Shown: positions 18,991 to 30,382, numbered from the stretch's first letter. The stretch is 64,000 nucleotides of DNA from an uncultured Acidobacteriota bacterium (GCA_963843575.1 CAWJKZ010000013.1:416001-480000); one strand, 5' to 3'. Made by a program: numbers and translations. The notes: generated by a model from the letters alone, not told the origin.

Positions 18991-20247
18991 TTGCTGTCGA
19001 TCTTCTTTTCGGGATCGGAGACTGCCTACACGGCCGTCGACCGCCTGCGCCTGAAGTACCTCGCCGAGTCAGGCGACAGGGGCGCCGAGGCGGTCAAGCG
19101 CATCGTTGCCAACCCCGACCGACTGCTCGGTGTCCTGCTGCTCGGCAACACCATCTCCAACATCGCCGCGGCCACACTCGTCACCTACCTCGTCGCCGAG
19201 TACGCTCCCCAGGATAGGGTCGAATCCTTCAGCATCGCCGCTTCCGTCATCCTGACCCTGGTCGTCCTCATCTTCTGCGAGCTGACACCCAAAATCGTCG
19301 CGGCCACCAACTCCGAGCTGGTGACGCGACGGCTGCTGTGGCCTATCCGCGCCGCCCTCTGGGTGCTCTCGCCCTTCGCCGGCATGGCGGCGAAGGTCTC
19401 CAACGGACTGGTGCGCCTCCTGCACCTCTCCCCGGCGGGCAGCCCGTTCGCCCAGCCGCTTACCGAGGACGAGATCCGGGCCATCATAGCCGACTCGACC
19501 GAAGCCACCCTGGCCGACCAGAAAAAGGAGATGCTCGCCAACATTTTCGCCATCGGCGCCACCCAGGTGCGCGGCATCATGATCCCGCGCATCGACGTCA
19601 CCGCCGTCGAGATCGGCGAGCCGCTCCCGAACATCCTCTCGGTGGTGAGCAAGAGCAACTATTCCCGCATCCCCGTCTACCGAGGCAACTTCGAGAACAT
19701 CGTCGGCATCCTCAACGTCAAAGACCTCCTGCAGCACCTCCAGCGCCCGGGCGATATCAACCTCCAGGTGCTGCTTCGCCCCGTCCACTTCGTCCCGGAC
19801 ACCGCCCCGATCGAGATCGTCCTGCGCCAGCTACAGTCGATGCACCTCCACATGGCCATCGTGGTCGACGAATTCGGCGGGGTCGAGGGGATCGTCACGC
19901 TCGAAGACCTCCTGGAGGAAATCGTAGGCGAGATACGCGACGAACACGACACCGAGATCGAGTCCGTGCGCGAGCTCGGTCCGAATGTCTTCTCCATCGC
20001 CGGCAACCTTCCGGTGAAGGACTTCAACCGCATGTTCACGCACAAGCTCCCCGAGTCGCGCGCCTACACGACCATCGTCGGGTTCCTCGAAGCGCGCACG
20101 GGCAGGCTGCTGCAGGAAGGGGAAACCGTGCGGTACCAGGGCCTGACGTTCTCCATCGAGAAGACCAAGGGGTTCCAGATCGTCTCGATACGGTTGCGCC
20201 TGCCCGCGAAGCGGGAGGAGAAAGAGAAACAGAAGGTCAAGGCATAG
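18991..20247 (+). CDS. HlyC/CorC (CNNM-CBS) family membrane protein
   Basis: FFSGSETA, ELTPK, YSRIPVY, VVDEFGGVEGIVTLEDLLEEIVGEI. The start probably lies ~50 bp upstream. Confidence 0.9.
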   Translation: MLSIFFSGSETAYTAVDRLRLKYLAESGDRGAEAVKRIVANPDRLLGVLLLGNTISNIAAATLVTYLVAEYAPQDRVESFSIAASVILTLVVLIFCELTPKIVAATNSELVTRRLLWPIRAALWVLSPFAGMAAKVSNGLVRLLHLSPAGSPFAQPLTEDEIRAIIADSTEATLADQKKEMLANIFAIGATQVRGIMIPRIDVTAVEIGEPLPNILSVVSKSNYSRIPVYRGNFENIVGILNVKDLLQHLQRPGDINLQVLLRPVHFVPDTAPIEIVLRQLQSMHLHMAIVVDEFGGVEGIVTLEDLLEEIVGEIRDEHDTEIESVRELGPNVFSIAGNLPVKDFNRMFTHKLPESRAYTTIVGFLEARTGRLLQEGETVRYQGLTFSIEKTKGFQIVSIRLRLPAKREEKEKQKVKA

Positions 20248-20406
20248 AACCTACCTCGAAGGCTTCAAGAACTCAGAGAGACTCGAAGAAATGTGGGCCG
20301 CGGCGGCTCGACGCGGCTCGTGGATCTTGCCGATCCCTCGGCTTTCACCTCAGTTCCCGGTTCCGGCTCACTCCGGGCAGGGGCGGGCCGGCCCCGCCCA
20401 CTAAAT

Positions 20407-21684
20407 CTATTCCTTCATGGCCTGGCGGGCGGCGCGGATGGTGGCGGCTATGTCGCGCCCGGTGTGGGCCAACGAGATGAAACAGGTCTCGAACTGCGAC
20501 GGGGCGAAGTAGACGCCCGAGCGGAGCAGCGCGTGGAAGAAACGGGCGTGCCGGGCCGTGTCGCTGGTGCAGGCCGTCCTGTAATCGCGGACCGGGGTGG
20601 CGGTGAAAAACGCGGTGAACATCGAGCCGATGCGGTTGACCTGGAGCGGTGTGCCCGACTCGGCGGCGGAGCGGGCCAGCCCGTCGGCCAGTTCCTGGCC
20701 GAGGCGCTCGAGCTTTCGGTAGGTCCCGGGCCGGCGCAGGCAAATCAGGGTGGCGATCCCGGCCGAGACGGCCAGGGGGTTGCCCGACAGCGTACCCGCC
20801 TGGTAGACGGGCCCTTCCGGCGCGACCCACTTCATAATCTCGCGTTTCCCGCCGTACGCGCCGACCGGAAGCCCCCCCCCGATGATCTTCCCGAGGCAGG
20901 TCAGGTCCGGTTTGACCCCGTACAGCTCCTGGGCTCCGCCATAGGCGACCCGGAAGCCGGTCATCACCTCGTCGAACACCAGCAGGGCGCCGTGCTCGCG
21001 GGTGAGCTTGCGCACCCTCTGAAGGAACCCCTTCGCCGGGGGCACCGTCCCCATGTTGCCGGCGACCGGCTCGATTATGACGGCCGCCACCTCGGCCCGG
21101 TTGGCGTCCAGCGCGCGCTCCACAGCCCCGGCGTCGTTGAAGGGGACGGAGACGGTCAGCGCCGAAGCCTCCGGCGGAACGCCGGGGCTGTCCGGGAGCC
21201 CGAGGGTCGCCACGCCGGAACCGGCCTTCACGAGGAACGCGTCGCCGTGCCCGTGATAGCACCCGTCGAACTTGACGATCTTGTACCGCCCGGTGAAGGC
21301 GCGGGCGAGCCGGATGGCGCTCATCGTCGCCTCAGTCCCCGAGTTCACGAGCCGGACCTTCTCGACGGACGGCAGCGCCTCGCAGATCATGGCGGCCAGC
21401 CGGACTTCCTGCTCGGTCGGCGCACCGAAGCTCGTCCCCTTCTCGATCTGCTTCGCCAGGGCAACCCGGACCGGCGCGGCCGAGTGGCCGAGGATCAGCG
21501 GCCCCCAGGAACCGACGTAGTCGATGTAGGATGCCCCGTCCTCATCCAGCACGCGGCTGCCGCGGCCCGACTTCATGAAGAGTGGGTCGCCCCCGACGCT
21601 GCGAAACGCCCGCACGGGACTGTTGACGCCACCGGGGATCAGCTGCTGCGCCCGGGCAAACAGAGCCTTCGACCGTCGATTCAC
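20407..21684 (-). CDS. hemL: Glutamate-1-semialdehyde 2,1-aminomutase
   Basis: [43 protein letters not shown]. Confidence 0.97.
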   Translation of the reverse strand: MNRRSKALFARAQQLIPGGVNSPVRAFRSVGGDPLFMKSGRGSRVLDEDGASYIDYVGSWGPLILGHSAAPVRVALAKQIEKGTSFGAPTEQEVRLAAMICEALPSVEKVRLVNSGTEATMSAIRLARAFTGRYKIVKFDGCYHGHGDAFLVKAGSGVATLGLPDSPGVPPEASALTVSVPFNDAGAVERALDANRAEVAAVIIEPVAGNMGTVPPAKGFLQRVRKLTREHGALLVFDEVMTGFRVAYGGAQELYGVKPDLTCLGKIIGGGLPVGAYGGKREIMKWVAPEGPVYQAGTLSGNPLAVSAGIATLICLRRPGTYRKLERLGQELADGLARSAAESGTPLQVNRIGSMFTAFFTATPVRDYRTACTSDTARHARFFHALLRSGVYFAPSQFETCFISLAHTGRDIAATIRAARQAMKE

Positions 21685-21718
21685 GATTGCCTTACCCCCC
21701 GAAATGAGCCGTATGGCG

Positions 21719-22687
21719 TCAGAGCGCCCTCGCCGCGTCCTTGGCGAAGTACGTCAGGATCATGTCCGCGCCGGCGCGCCGGATCCCGATCAGCGACTCC
21801 ATCATGACGCGCGGCAGATCGAGCCAGTTCATGCGCGCCGCCGCCACCAGCGCCGCGTATTCGCCGCTGACCTGGTAGGCCGCGAGCGGGTGCGGGTACC
21901 GGTCCCGTATCGTCCGGATGACGTCCAGGTACGGTCCGGCGGGCTTGACCATGAGGATGTCGGCCCCTTCCTCGACGTCGAGGTCCACCTCGCGCAGCGC
22001 CTCGCGGACGTTCGCGGGATCCATCTGGTGACTGCGCCGGTCGCCGAAAGCGGGGGCCGACTCGGCGGCCTCGCGGAATGGCCCGTAGTAACCGGACGCG
22101 TATTTGACCGCATACGACAGGATCGGGGTGTCGACGTGTCCCGACCGCTCCAGGGCCGCCCGGATCGCCGCCACGCGCCCGTCCATCATGTCGGAGGGGG
22201 CCACGATGTCCGCACCGGCCTTCACGTGCGAGAGCGCCATCTTCGACAGCAGGTCCAGCGTGGCGTCGTTGACGACCTCCCCACCCTTCACCACCCCGCA
22301 ATGCCCGTGGCTGGTGTACTCACAGAGGCACACGTCGGTGATGAGGACGATCCCGGGCACCTCCCGTTTCAAAGCCCGAACGGCCCGCTGGACGATGCCG
22401 TCGTCGTCATAGCCCGAACTGCCCAACTCGTCCTTCGTCTCGGGGATGCCGAACAGGATCACGCCGCCGATCCCAAGCGACTTGACCGTGCGCACCTCTT
22501 CGACCAGCCGATCGACCGACATCTGGTAGTTGCCCGGCATGGACGAGATCTCGTTCCGGACCCCTTCCCCGGGACAAACGAAGAGCGGGTAGACGAGCTG
22601 ACCGGGCGCGAGGCGCGTTTCGCGCACCAGGTCGCGCACCGAAGGGTTCATGCGGAGGCGCCGGGAACGCGTGACAGGGAAAGTCAT
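21719..22687 (-). CDS. hemB: Porphobilinogen synthase
   Basis: [34 protein letters not shown]. Confidence 0.97.
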   Translation of the reverse strand: MTFPVTRSRRLRMNPSVRDLVRETRLAPGQLVYPLFVCPGEGVRNEISSMPGNYQMSVDRLVEEVRTVKSLGIGGVILFGIPETKDELGSSGYDDDGIVQRAVRALKREVPGIVLITDVCLCEYTSHGHCGVVKGGEVVNDATLDLLSKMALSHVKAGADIVAPSDMMDGRVAAIRAALERSGHVDTPILSYAVKYASGYYGPFREAAESAPAFGDRRSHQMDPANVREALREVDLDVEEGADILMVKPAGPYLDVIRTIRDRYPHPLAAYQVSGEYAALVAAARMNWLDLPRVMMESLIGIRRAGADMILTYFAKDAARAL

Positions 22688-22790
22688 GTGAGGCTCTCCT
22701 CGAGTGGCGTTGCATAAAAAAGGTAATTATATCAATCTATCCGCCGGGCAGCCACTTATCGGCGCCGAGGAGTTGGGGGCTGAGCGGAAA

Positions 22791-22816
22791 GCGGCGCCGA
22801 GGCGCCGCACTCCATA
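22791..22816 (+). repeat. REP-like element (GCGGCGCCGAGGCGCCGCACTCCA family)
   Basis: Hairpin plus CACTCCA foot; related copies near 30383, 33669-33726, 41990, 42118 and 59483. Confidence 0.8.
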
Positions 22817-24189
22817 TGAAGGCACTGGAACGGATTGTGGGGCGGACGCTGCGCAGGCACCGGATGCTGCGGCCGGGGGAGCACGTCCTGGTCGCGGTGT
22901 CCGGCGGGGCCGACTCGGTCGCGCTTTTGCGCTGCCTTGGCCGGCTCGGCCCGAGCTGGGGGCTGCGGCTCACCGCGGCTCACTTGAACCACCGGCTGCG
23001 CGGGGCGGAGTCGGACCAGGACGAGCAGTTCGTGCGCAACCTCGGCCGGGAGCTCGGGGTGAAGGTGGTGGCGGAGTCCTGGGAACGGCCTCCGGCGCCC
23101 GGCAACGTCGAGGAGTCGGCGCGAAGGGCGCGCTACGACTTCCTGCGCCGCGCGGCGGCCGCCGCCGGGGCTGCGAGGATCGCCGTCGGCCACACCCTCG
23201 ACGACCAGGCCGAAACCGTGCTGCTGCGTTTTCTGCGCGGCAGCGGCACTGTCGGGATCGGGGGCATCCACCCCGTCGTGGACGACCTGGTCATCCGGCC
23301 GCTCATCGAGGCGTCCCGGGACGAGGTGCTGCGCTACCTCGAGGAATCCGGGGCCCAGTGGCGCGAGGATTCGAGCAACCAGGACCTCGGTTACCGGCGC
23401 AATCGGATCAGGCACGAGCTGCTGCCGTACCTGCGAGACGCGTTCAATCCCAACATCGTCGAGGTCCTGGCGCGCGAGGCCGCCATCGCCCGCGAACTCG
23501 CGGATTACCTGGACGAGGTATCGCGCCCGCAGTACGAGGCGCTCCGGCGGCCAGCGCACGGCGGCGTGACGTTGAACGCGACGGCGCTGGCCGGGTTCCA
23601 CCCCGCCCTGCAGCGGCGCCTCCTGCGCCTGGCCTTGCAGGAGTGCCGGGGATCCCTGAAGGGCGTCACCGCGGCCCACGTCGAGGCCGTCCTCGCCCTG
23701 ACGCGGGCGGGCATGAGCGGAAGGGCGGTGTCTTTCCCGGGCGGGACGGCTTCGCGGCAGTTCGACCAGCTGCTGGTCGCCGCAGGCGCGGGAGGCCCCG
23801 GGATCGAGCGGAGTTACGCGCTGCCGCTGCCGGGACGCTGCGTCGTCGAAGAAATCGGCCTGACGGTCACCGCGCGCCTGGACGCGGTGGAACGGGCAGG
23901 CCGCACCTACCCGGACAGCAGCGCCGGGGCAGTGCTCGACGCCGACCGGCTGCCCGCAAACCTCGTGGTGCGCGGGAGGCTGCCCGGAGACCGCTACGGA
24001 GGGCCGGGGCACCGGAAGGTGAAGAAGATGCTGATCGACCGGCGTGTTCCCCTCTCCGGGCGCTCCGGCCTCCCCGTGTTCGCGGCAGGCGACGCCGTCG
24101 TCTGGATCCCTGGCCTTCCCCCTGCCAGACCCTTCGCTCCCGGCGAGGACACCATCCGCTGCGTCATCCTCGAACTGACCCGCCGGTAA
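22816..24189 (+). CDS. tilS: tRNA(Ile)-lysidine synthetase
   Basis: AVSGGADS PP-loop, HLNHRLRG, GHTLDDQAET, RNRIRH. Confidence 0.96.
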   Translation: MKALERIVGRTLRRHRMLRPGEHVLVAVSGGADSVALLRCLGRLGPSWGLRLTAAHLNHRLRGAESDQDEQFVRNLGRELGVKVVAESWERPPAPGNVEESARRARYDFLRRAAAAAGAARIAVGHTLDDQAETVLLRFLRGSGTVGIGGIHPVVDDLVIRPLIEASRDEVLRYLEESGAQWREDSSNQDLGYRRNRIRHELLPYLRDAFNPNIVEVLAREAAIARELADYLDEVSRPQYEALRRPAHGGVTLNATALAGFHPALQRRLLRLALQECRGSLKGVTAAHVEAVLALTRAGMSGRAVSFPGGTASRQFDQLLVAAGAGGPGIERSYALPLPGRCVVEEIGLTVTARLDAVERAGRTYPDSSAGAVLDADRLPANLVVRGRLPGDRYGGPGHRKVKKMLIDRRVPLSGRSGLPVFAAGDAVVWIPGLPPARPFAPGEDTIRCVILELTRR

Positions 24190-24204
24190 ATCGTCAGCCG
24201 GCAT

Positions 24205-24233
24205 GGAAACTATGGGAGGTCTTTTGCGTCTAA
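24205..24233 (+). promoter_or_regulatory. ECF sigma-type promoter upstream of ftsH
   Basis: GGAAAC-N17-GTCTAA. Confidence 0.55.
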
Positions 24234-24340
24234 ATAGATTGATGGCTCAGCACCTTGCGTCGGGCTTGGGTAGGCGGGGGGTCGAGAACCCCGAAATCCA
24301 TTGCGGTTTATAGAGTTAGGTTAGCAATGTCATGCGACTC

Positions 24341-24349
24341 TGCTATAAT
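24341..24349 (+). promoter_or_regulatory. Extended -10 promoter upstream of ftsH
   Basis: TGCTATAAT about 45 bp upstream of the TTG start, with a GGAGG RBS. Confidence 0.6.
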
Positions 24350-24395
24350 GGGCAGTGCATTCCGCAGTCGATAGCGACATGGGAGGTCCGGTAAT

Positions 24396-26309
24396 TTGAG
24401 CACCAACTTAAAAAATATCCTGGTCTGGCTGGCCGTGGTGGTCTCGCTGGTATTGCTCTGGCAGCTGTTCTACAGCGTCAGGGATGCCAACGTCGAGGAA
24501 AGGGACTTCACAGCCTTCTACCAGGAAATGACGGCCAAGAAGATCAAGACCGTCAAGATCATGGGCGAGGACCTGGAAGGCGAGGACACCAGCGGCAAGA
24601 AATTCAAAACAGTGGTGCCCGGCGACTCGGGCTTCGAGCTCGCCAAAGAGCTGCAGCAGAACGGCGTCAACGTGAAGCTCGAAAAATCCTCGAATTCCTC
24701 GCTGATGTACGTGTTCCTCTCCTCCTGGCTGCCGTTTATCCTGCTGATCGGATTCTGGATCTTCCTGATGCGCCAGATGCAGAGCGGAGGAAACAAGGCG
24801 CTTTCCTTCGGCAAGTCCAGGGCGCGCCTGATGTCGAGCCAGCAGAAGAAAGTGACTTTCAAGGATGTCGCGGGGGTCGAGGAAGCCAAGGAAGAGCTCA
24901 CCGAGATCATCGAGTTTCTCAAGGAGCCCCAGAAGTTCCAGAAGCTCGGGGGCCGCATACCGAAGGGCGTCCTGCTGATGGGCCCCCCGGGCACCGGCAA
25001 GACGCTGTTGGCGCGGGCCATCGCGGGCGAGGCGAACGTGCCGTTTTTCTCCATCAGCGGGTCCGACTTCGTCGAGATGTTCGTGGGGGTCGGGGCCAGC
25101 CGCGTGCGCGACCTCTTCGAGCAGGGTAAGAAGAACGCCCCCTGCATCATCTTCATCGACGAGATCGACGCGGTCGGCCGCCATCGTGGTGCGGGCCTCG
25201 GCGGCGGGCACGACGAGCGCGAGCAGACCCTCAACCAGCTCCTGGTCGAGATGGACGGTTTCGAATCCAACGACGGCGTGATCCTGATCGCGGCCAGCAA
25301 CCGGCCGGACGTGCTCGACCCGGCACTGCTGCGGCCCGGCCGTTTCGATCGCCAGGTGGTGGTCCCGCTCCCGGACATCCGGGGCCGCGAGGGCATACTC
25401 AAGGTCCACACGCGCAAGATTCCGCTGTCGGACGACGTTGACGTGTCGGTGATCGCGCGCGGCACGCCGGGCTTCTCCGGCGCGGCGCTGGCCAATCTGG
25501 TCAACGAGGCGGCGCTCAACGCGGCGCGCTACAGCCGCAAGCTCGTCCTGATGGCGGACTTCGAGGGGGCCAAGGACAAGGTGCTCATGGGCAAGGAGCG
25601 CAAGTCCATGGTCATCACCGAAGCCGACAAGAAGGTCACGGCGTACCACGAGGCGGGCCACGCCATGGTCGCCTTCATGGTGCCGGGAAGCGACCCGCTG
25701 CACAAGGTGACGATCATCCCGCGCGGCATGGCGCTCGGCTTGACCCAGCAACTGCCGGAAACCGACAAACACAACTACACCAAGGAGTTCGTCCAGGGAC
25801 AAATCGCGATCCTGATGGGTGGCCGGTGCGCCGAGAAGATGTTTCTCAACACCGAGACGACCGGCGCCGCCAACGACATCGAAGTCGCTACCGAGCGCGC
25901 CCGCAAGATGGTCACGGAGTGGGGCATGAGCGCCATGGGGCCCCTCACTTTCGGCAAGAAAGAGGAGCAGATCTTCCTCGGGCGCGAGATATCCCAGCAC
26001 CGCGACTACAGCGAGGACACCGCGATCCGCATCGATCACGAGGTCAAGCGCATCGTGGACGAGGGGTATAACCGCGCCTGGACGCTGCTCGAGGCCAACA
26101 ACGACGGGCTCGTCCGGCTCGCGGAAGCGCTGCTCGAGTACGAAACGCTGGACGCCTGGGAAATCGAGGCCCTGATCAAGGGGCAGCCGCTGGTCAGAAA
26201 AACTGCGCCTACCGACGGCGACTCCGAAGGACGCGTCAAGGAAAAGACCCCGAGCCACACGCCGTTGCCGCAGCTGATCAATCCCAAGGGGAAACCTGCG
26301 CCGGCCTGA
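24396..26309 (+). CDS. ftsH: ATP-dependent zinc metalloprotease FtsH
   Basis: Two TM helices, [29 protein letters not shown]. Confidence 0.98.
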   Translation: MSTNLKNILVWLAVVVSLVLLWQLFYSVRDANVEERDFTAFYQEMTAKKIKTVKIMGEDLEGEDTSGKKFKTVVPGDSGFELAKELQQNGVNVKLEKSSNSSLMYVFLSSWLPFILLIGFWIFLMRQMQSGGNKALSFGKSRARLMSSQQKKVTFKDVAGVEEAKEELTEIIEFLKEPQKFQKLGGRIPKGVLLMGPPGTGKTLLARAIAGEANVPFFSISGSDFVEMFVGVGASRVRDLFEQGKKNAPCIIFIDEIDAVGRHRGAGLGGGHDEREQTLNQLLVEMDGFESNDGVILIAASNRPDVLDPALLRPGRFDRQVVVPLPDIRGREGILKVHTRKIPLSDDVDVSVIARGTPGFSGAALANLVNEAALNAARYSRKLVLMADFEGAKDKVLMGKERKSMVITEADKKVTAYHEAGHAMVAFMVPGSDPLHKVTIIPRGMALGLTQQLPETDKHNYTKEFVQGQIAILMGGRCAEKMFLNTETTGAANDIEVATERARKMVTEWGMSAMGPLTFGKKEEQIFLGREISQHRDYSEDTAIRIDHEVKRIVDEGYNRAWTLLEANNDGLVRLAEALLEYETLDAWEIEALIKGQPLVRKTAPTDGDSEGRVKEKTPSHTPLPQLINPKGKPAPA

Positions 26310-26374
26310 AAAAGACAGAAGCTGGGAGCCGGGAGCTTGCTCCCGGCGCACGGTTCCTATCCTCTGGTGCCCGA

Positions 26375-27247
26375 ATGCCTCCCCCTGCGCCGCGACGGCA
26401 CTTCCAGATGAAGGTGAGGGACAGGGTCCTCGAGCTCGGCTCCCGAACCCTGGTCATGGGCATCCTGAACGTCACGCCGGACTCCTTTTCCGACGCCGGA
26501 CGCTACCTTGAACCGGAGAAGGCCATCCGGCGCGCCTGGGAGATAAAGGACGAGGGCGCCGACCTGCTCGACATCGGTGCGGAATCGACCCGGCCCGGGT
26601 CACGGGGGGTAAGCGCAGAGGAGGAGGCTCGAAGGCTCCTGCCCGTCCTCGATGCGCTCGCGGCGGATTACCCCCTCCCCATTTCGGTCGACACATCCAA
26701 GCCTCAGATCGCCCTTGCCGCCCTGCAGCGTGGCGTCTCGTTTATCAACGACGTGCGGGCCGCCCGGGACGAGCCGGAGCTGGCCGCCCACGTCGCACAG
26801 TTTGGGGCGGGCCTCGTCCTCATGAACATGCGTGGGGAGCCCCAGACCATGCAGACTATTCCACACAGCCCTGACATTCTGGCGGAATTGGAGTTATGGG
26901 CCGAGGAAGCGGTTGCGTGCGCGAGAAACTGTAGTGTATCCTCGGAAAAGATCATCCTCGATCCGGGGATCGGTTTCGGCAAGTCCGTCGCGCAGAACCT
27001 GGAGATCCTCCGTAACCTGGATCGCCTGGCAGCCACCGGTTTTCCCCTCATGGTGGGGACCTCGCGAAAATCCTTTATCGGAGCCCTCTTGAAAAACCCG
27101 GCGGCCGACCGGATCTGGGGAACCGCAGCGACGGTGGCCGCCGCGGTATTGTGTGGGGCCCACATCGTCCGGGTGCACGACGTGGCGTCGATGCGGGATG
27201 TCGCCCTTGTTGCGGATGCGTTGACAGCCGGGGGAAACAGCGAGTGA
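26375..27247 (+). CDS. folP: Dihydropteroate synthase
   Basis: MGILNVTPDSFSD, GAESTRPG, DPGIGFGK, SRKSF, RVHDV. Confidence 0.96.
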   Translation: MPPPAPRRHFQMKVRDRVLELGSRTLVMGILNVTPDSFSDAGRYLEPEKAIRRAWEIKDEGADLLDIGAESTRPGSRGVSAEEEARRLLPVLDALAADYPLPISVDTSKPQIALAALQRGVSFINDVRAARDEPELAAHVAQFGAGLVLMNMRGEPQTMQTIPHSPDILAELELWAEEAVACARNCSVSSEKIILDPGIGFGKSVAQNLEILRNLDRLAATGFPLMVGTSRKSFIGALLKNPAADRIWGTAATVAAAVLCGAHIVRVHDVASMRDVALVADALTAGGNSE

Positions 27248-28098
27248 ATGGAGTCCTGGCAACGACCGACACATTCCTGTTCGCGGCGGGATTTTTGGCC
27301 TGGGTGGGAACGTGGCAGCAGTACATCCGGGACGCCATCGACATCGCACTGGTCGCTTACATCCTGTACCGCTTCCTGCTGCTCGTCCGGGGTACGCGCG
27401 GGGCGCAGATGACGATCGGGATGGTGGTTCTGCTCGGGTTTTACTACGCGACCCGCTTCTACCGCCTCACCACGGTGCAGTGGCTGCTGAACAACCTCCT
27501 GACCTACGTCGTCTTCGGCATCATCGTGCTGTACCAGAGCGAGATCCGCCGCGGGCTCGCCGGCCTTGGGATGACGTCGTTTTTCGGCCGTCATCGCAAG
27601 GCGGACAAGAAATCCGGTTTCGAGGAAATCATCCTGGCCGCCACGACGCTGGCGTCGAAGAAGATCGGGGCGCTCGTCGTGGTCGAACGGGACATCGGGC
27701 TGCGCAACTACGCCGAGAGCGGGATCGCGCTCGACGCGGTCTTGACCTACGACCTCCTGGTGACCATCTTCAGCCCGAACACCCCGCTGCACGACGGCGC
27801 CGTGATCGTGCAGCAGAACCGCATCATCGCGGCGGGCTGCTTCCTGCCGCTGACGCTGGACCCGCACCTCAGCAAGGAATTGGGCACCCGGCACCGCGCC
27901 GCCATCGGGATCACGGAGGAGACTGACGCGGTGGCCGTCATCGTGTCGGAAGAGACGGGCATCATCTCCGCCGCCATCGGCGGCAACATCACCCGCAACC
28001 TGGACGGCACCGGATTGCGCAGCATCCTGCGCAGCGCCATGGAGAACCGCACGGCGCGCATCCCCGAATCGCTGGGAGAACGCCAGGAAGTCGTATGA
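27244..28098 (+). CDS. cdaA: Diadenylate cyclase CdaA
   Basis: Three TM helices plus a DAC domain with PLHDGA and GTRHRAA motifs. Confidence 0.95.
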   Translation: MNGVLATTDTFLFAAGFLAWVGTWQQYIRDAIDIALVAYILYRFLLLVRGTRGAQMTIGMVVLLGFYYATRFYRLTTVQWLLNNLLTYVVFGIIVLYQSEIRRGLAGLGMTSFFGRHRKADKKSGFEEIILAATTLASKKIGALVVVERDIGLRNYAESGIALDAVLTYDLLVTIFSPNTPLHDGAVIVQQNRIIAAGCFLPLTLDPHLSKELGTRHRAAIGITEETDAVAVIVSEETGIISAAIGGNITRNLDGTGLRSILRSAMENRTARIPESLGERQEVV

Positions 28099-29024
28099 GG
28101 GACTGGATCCGAAGGCTGTTTCTGGAGAACTGGAGCCTGAAGGTCGCCGCCCTCGCCATATCGTGTTTCCTCTGGTTCGTCGTGCGGGGCGACTCGGGCT
28201 CCGAGCGGGTCATCACGGTGCCGCTGGAGGTTCGCATCCCGAGGAACATGGAAATCACTAACGAGCGCCCCAGCACGGTCGACGTCACGATACGGGGACC
28301 GGCCGGGAACATCATGTGGTTCGGCCAGTCGGTTCCGGTCTGCAGCGTCGACCTGCAGGACGTCGAGGAGGGGGAACACACGATCCCGCTCGCGGTGCGC
28401 AACCTGCAGATGCCGCGCGGGCTCGAGGTGATCGCCATCCGGCCGACCCGCGTGCGGCTGGTGCTGGAGCGGACAACCTCGAAGGAGGTCCCGGTGCTGG
28501 CGCAGCTGGGCGAACCGGACCCGGAACTGGACGTCTACGGCGTTTCGCTCAACCCGTCCCGGGTCGTGATCACGGGGCCGCGCAGCCACATCCAGGGCGT
28601 GCACGACGTCCCGACCGAGCGCATCACCCTGGCCGGGCAGCGCGACTCCGTCCGGAGTTTCGTGAACCTCAACATCCGTGACATGGCGATCCACACCACC
28701 CCGGCCGGCCCGATCGAGGTCGCGGTTGAGCTGGGTCCCCACCGCACGCTTCGGACCGTTTCGCGAATCCCGGTGCTCGTCGACGACTCGTCGGTCGCGG
28801 TCTTGCCCTCACACGTCTCGGTGAGCGTCCTGGCCCCCCCGTCGCTCGGGTCCGCATTGCAGCCGGACGACTTCGTCGCCACCGTCAGCGCGGCCGCCCT
28901 GGAACCGTCCAAACGGCTCACCCGGGTGAAGCCGACGGTGAGGTTGAAGGAACCGCGCGACCCGGCTGTCGTAGTAAAGAATGTGCCCGAAGTGACCCTC
29001 CGCCGGGGAACAAAGCCCCGCTGA
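28095..29024 (+). CDS. cdaR: CdaR/YbbR-domain protein
   Basis: NWSLKVAALAISCFLW anchor plus YbbR-like repeats; ATGA overlap with cdaA. Confidence 0.88.
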   Translation: MRDWIRRLFLENWSLKVAALAISCFLWFVVRGDSGSERVITVPLEVRIPRNMEITNERPSTVDVTIRGPAGNIMWFGQSVPVCSVDLQDVEEGEHTIPLAVRNLQMPRGLEVIAIRPTRVRLVLERTTSKEVPVLAQLGEPDPELDVYGVSLNPSRVVITGPRSHIQGVHDVPTERITLAGQRDSVRSFVNLNIRDMAIHTTPAGPIEVAVELGPHRTLRTVSRIPVLVDDSSVAVLPSHVSVSVLAPPSLGSALQPDDFVATVSAAALEPSKRLTRVKPTVRLKEPRDPAVVVKNVPEVTLRRGTKPR

Positions 29025-29076
29025 CCGATGGGACGTGAGAACGGCCGGGTGAACCGCCGTCGCCGCCGGGTTTGAT

Positions 29077-30228
29077 ATGGAACGGACCAGCCTCAGCCAG
29101 CGCCTGTACGAAATTGCCCGCCGGTTCGACGACCGCACCCGCGCCGCGGGCGGCGTTCGCGGTCTGTTCACGGAGGGCGTGACGCGCGACGCCCTCCGCG
29201 ACCTGGTCGAACGGGATCCGCGCGAGACCTACCGGTTCTTCACCCGGGGCATCGATTTTCAGGCGTTCCAGCACCTCCCCTGGTACCGCCGCTACCCGCT
29301 CGGCGCCTGGAGAGTCTTCATCGCAGCCGCCTACAAGCTCAGCCCGGCCCGCAGGGTTGCGTTCGCCGTCGCGATCGTCGCGTTCCTGATCGGCTGGATC
29401 CAATTCGTGTCCGCCGAGGGAGGCACCGGTTTCGGGTGGTGCTTTCTCGCCGTCTTTCTCCTGTTCGTTCTGCTGATGATGGAGCTGCGCGACAAGCTGA
29501 ACCTCAAGGGGGACCTCGAAATCGCCCGCGAAATCCAGTTCGGGCTCGTTCCTTCCGGCGTCTTCGAGCGGCAGGGCATCACCATCCATTCGCGCATGCG
29601 GCCGGCCAACACCGTCGGAGGCGACTACTACGACATCATCGAACTCCCCGACGACACCGTCGTCTTCGTCGTGGGAGACGTGGCGGGAAAAGGGATGCCC
29701 GCGGCGCTGCTCATGGCGATGCTCCAGGGGAGCATACGAACTTTGATATCCGCGGGCTTTCGCGGTGCCGACGTCATGCGCAAGCTGAACGAGTATCTCT
29801 GTGTCAATATCCCCGTCAACCGCCTCGTCACCCTGTTCTACGGCGAACTCGTTCCCGCTACCGGGGAATTCCGCTATGTCAACGCCGGCCACAACGCCCC
29901 CTGCCTCATCCACGGCGGCGGGTGCGACCGCCTCGATTCCACCGCGACCGTCCTGGGACTCTTCCCGGCGCTGGAATTCGATATGCAGGGTGCGGCGCTG
30001 CACCCCGGCGACCGCCTCGTGCTCTTCACCGACGGCCTGACGGAGGCGTTCAACCCCGCCGAGGAAGAATACGGTGAGGCCAGGCTCAAGGCGTTCCTGC
30101 AATCGCACAAGGATCTGGCGCCGGGCCTGCTCGTCGATCAGCTGATCTCGGACGCGATCGCCTTTTGTGGCGCCGCGCGGCCGGGCGACGACATTACCGT
30201 CATGGCCATAAGCCGCCTGCAAGGGTAA
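29077..30228 (+). CDS. Membrane PP2C/SpoIIE-family Ser/Thr phosphatase
   Basis: VGGDYYD, GDVAGKG, NAGHN, FTDGLTE, DDIT. Confidence 0.92.
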   Translation: MERTSLSQRLYEIARRFDDRTRAAGGVRGLFTEGVTRDALRDLVERDPRETYRFFTRGIDFQAFQHLPWYRRYPLGAWRVFIAAAYKLSPARRVAFAVAIVAFLIGWIQFVSAEGGTGFGWCFLAVFLLFVLLMMELRDKLNLKGDLEIAREIQFGLVPSGVFERQGITIHSRMRPANTVGGDYYDIIELPDDTVVFVVGDVAGKGMPAALLMAMLQGSIRTLISAGFRGADVMRKLNEYLCVNIPVNRLVTLFYGELVPATGEFRYVNAGHNAPCLIHGGGCDRLDSTATVLGLFPALEFDMQGAALHPGDRLVLFTDGLTEAFNPAEEEYGEARLKAFLQSHKDLAPGLLVDQLISDAIAFCGAARPGDDITVMAISRLQG

Positions 30229-30382
30229 GGGCAGGGACAAGCAAAAACAACAACCTGTCACGGAAGACACGGGAGAATTCGTCCGAGATCGGCGAAACGA
30301 ATTGCGCGCAGTTCATGAAGATTCTCCATCTCCGGTTGGCGCTGAGGCGCCGGGGATTTCGGCCGTCGAACGTATGGGAACA

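Noticed and set aside
24408-26351. Long antisense and alternate-frame ORFs (also 59560-61950, 42626-44296, 20293-21807)
   Set aside because: They are shadows of well-identified genes in high-GC DNA and show no recognisable motifs.
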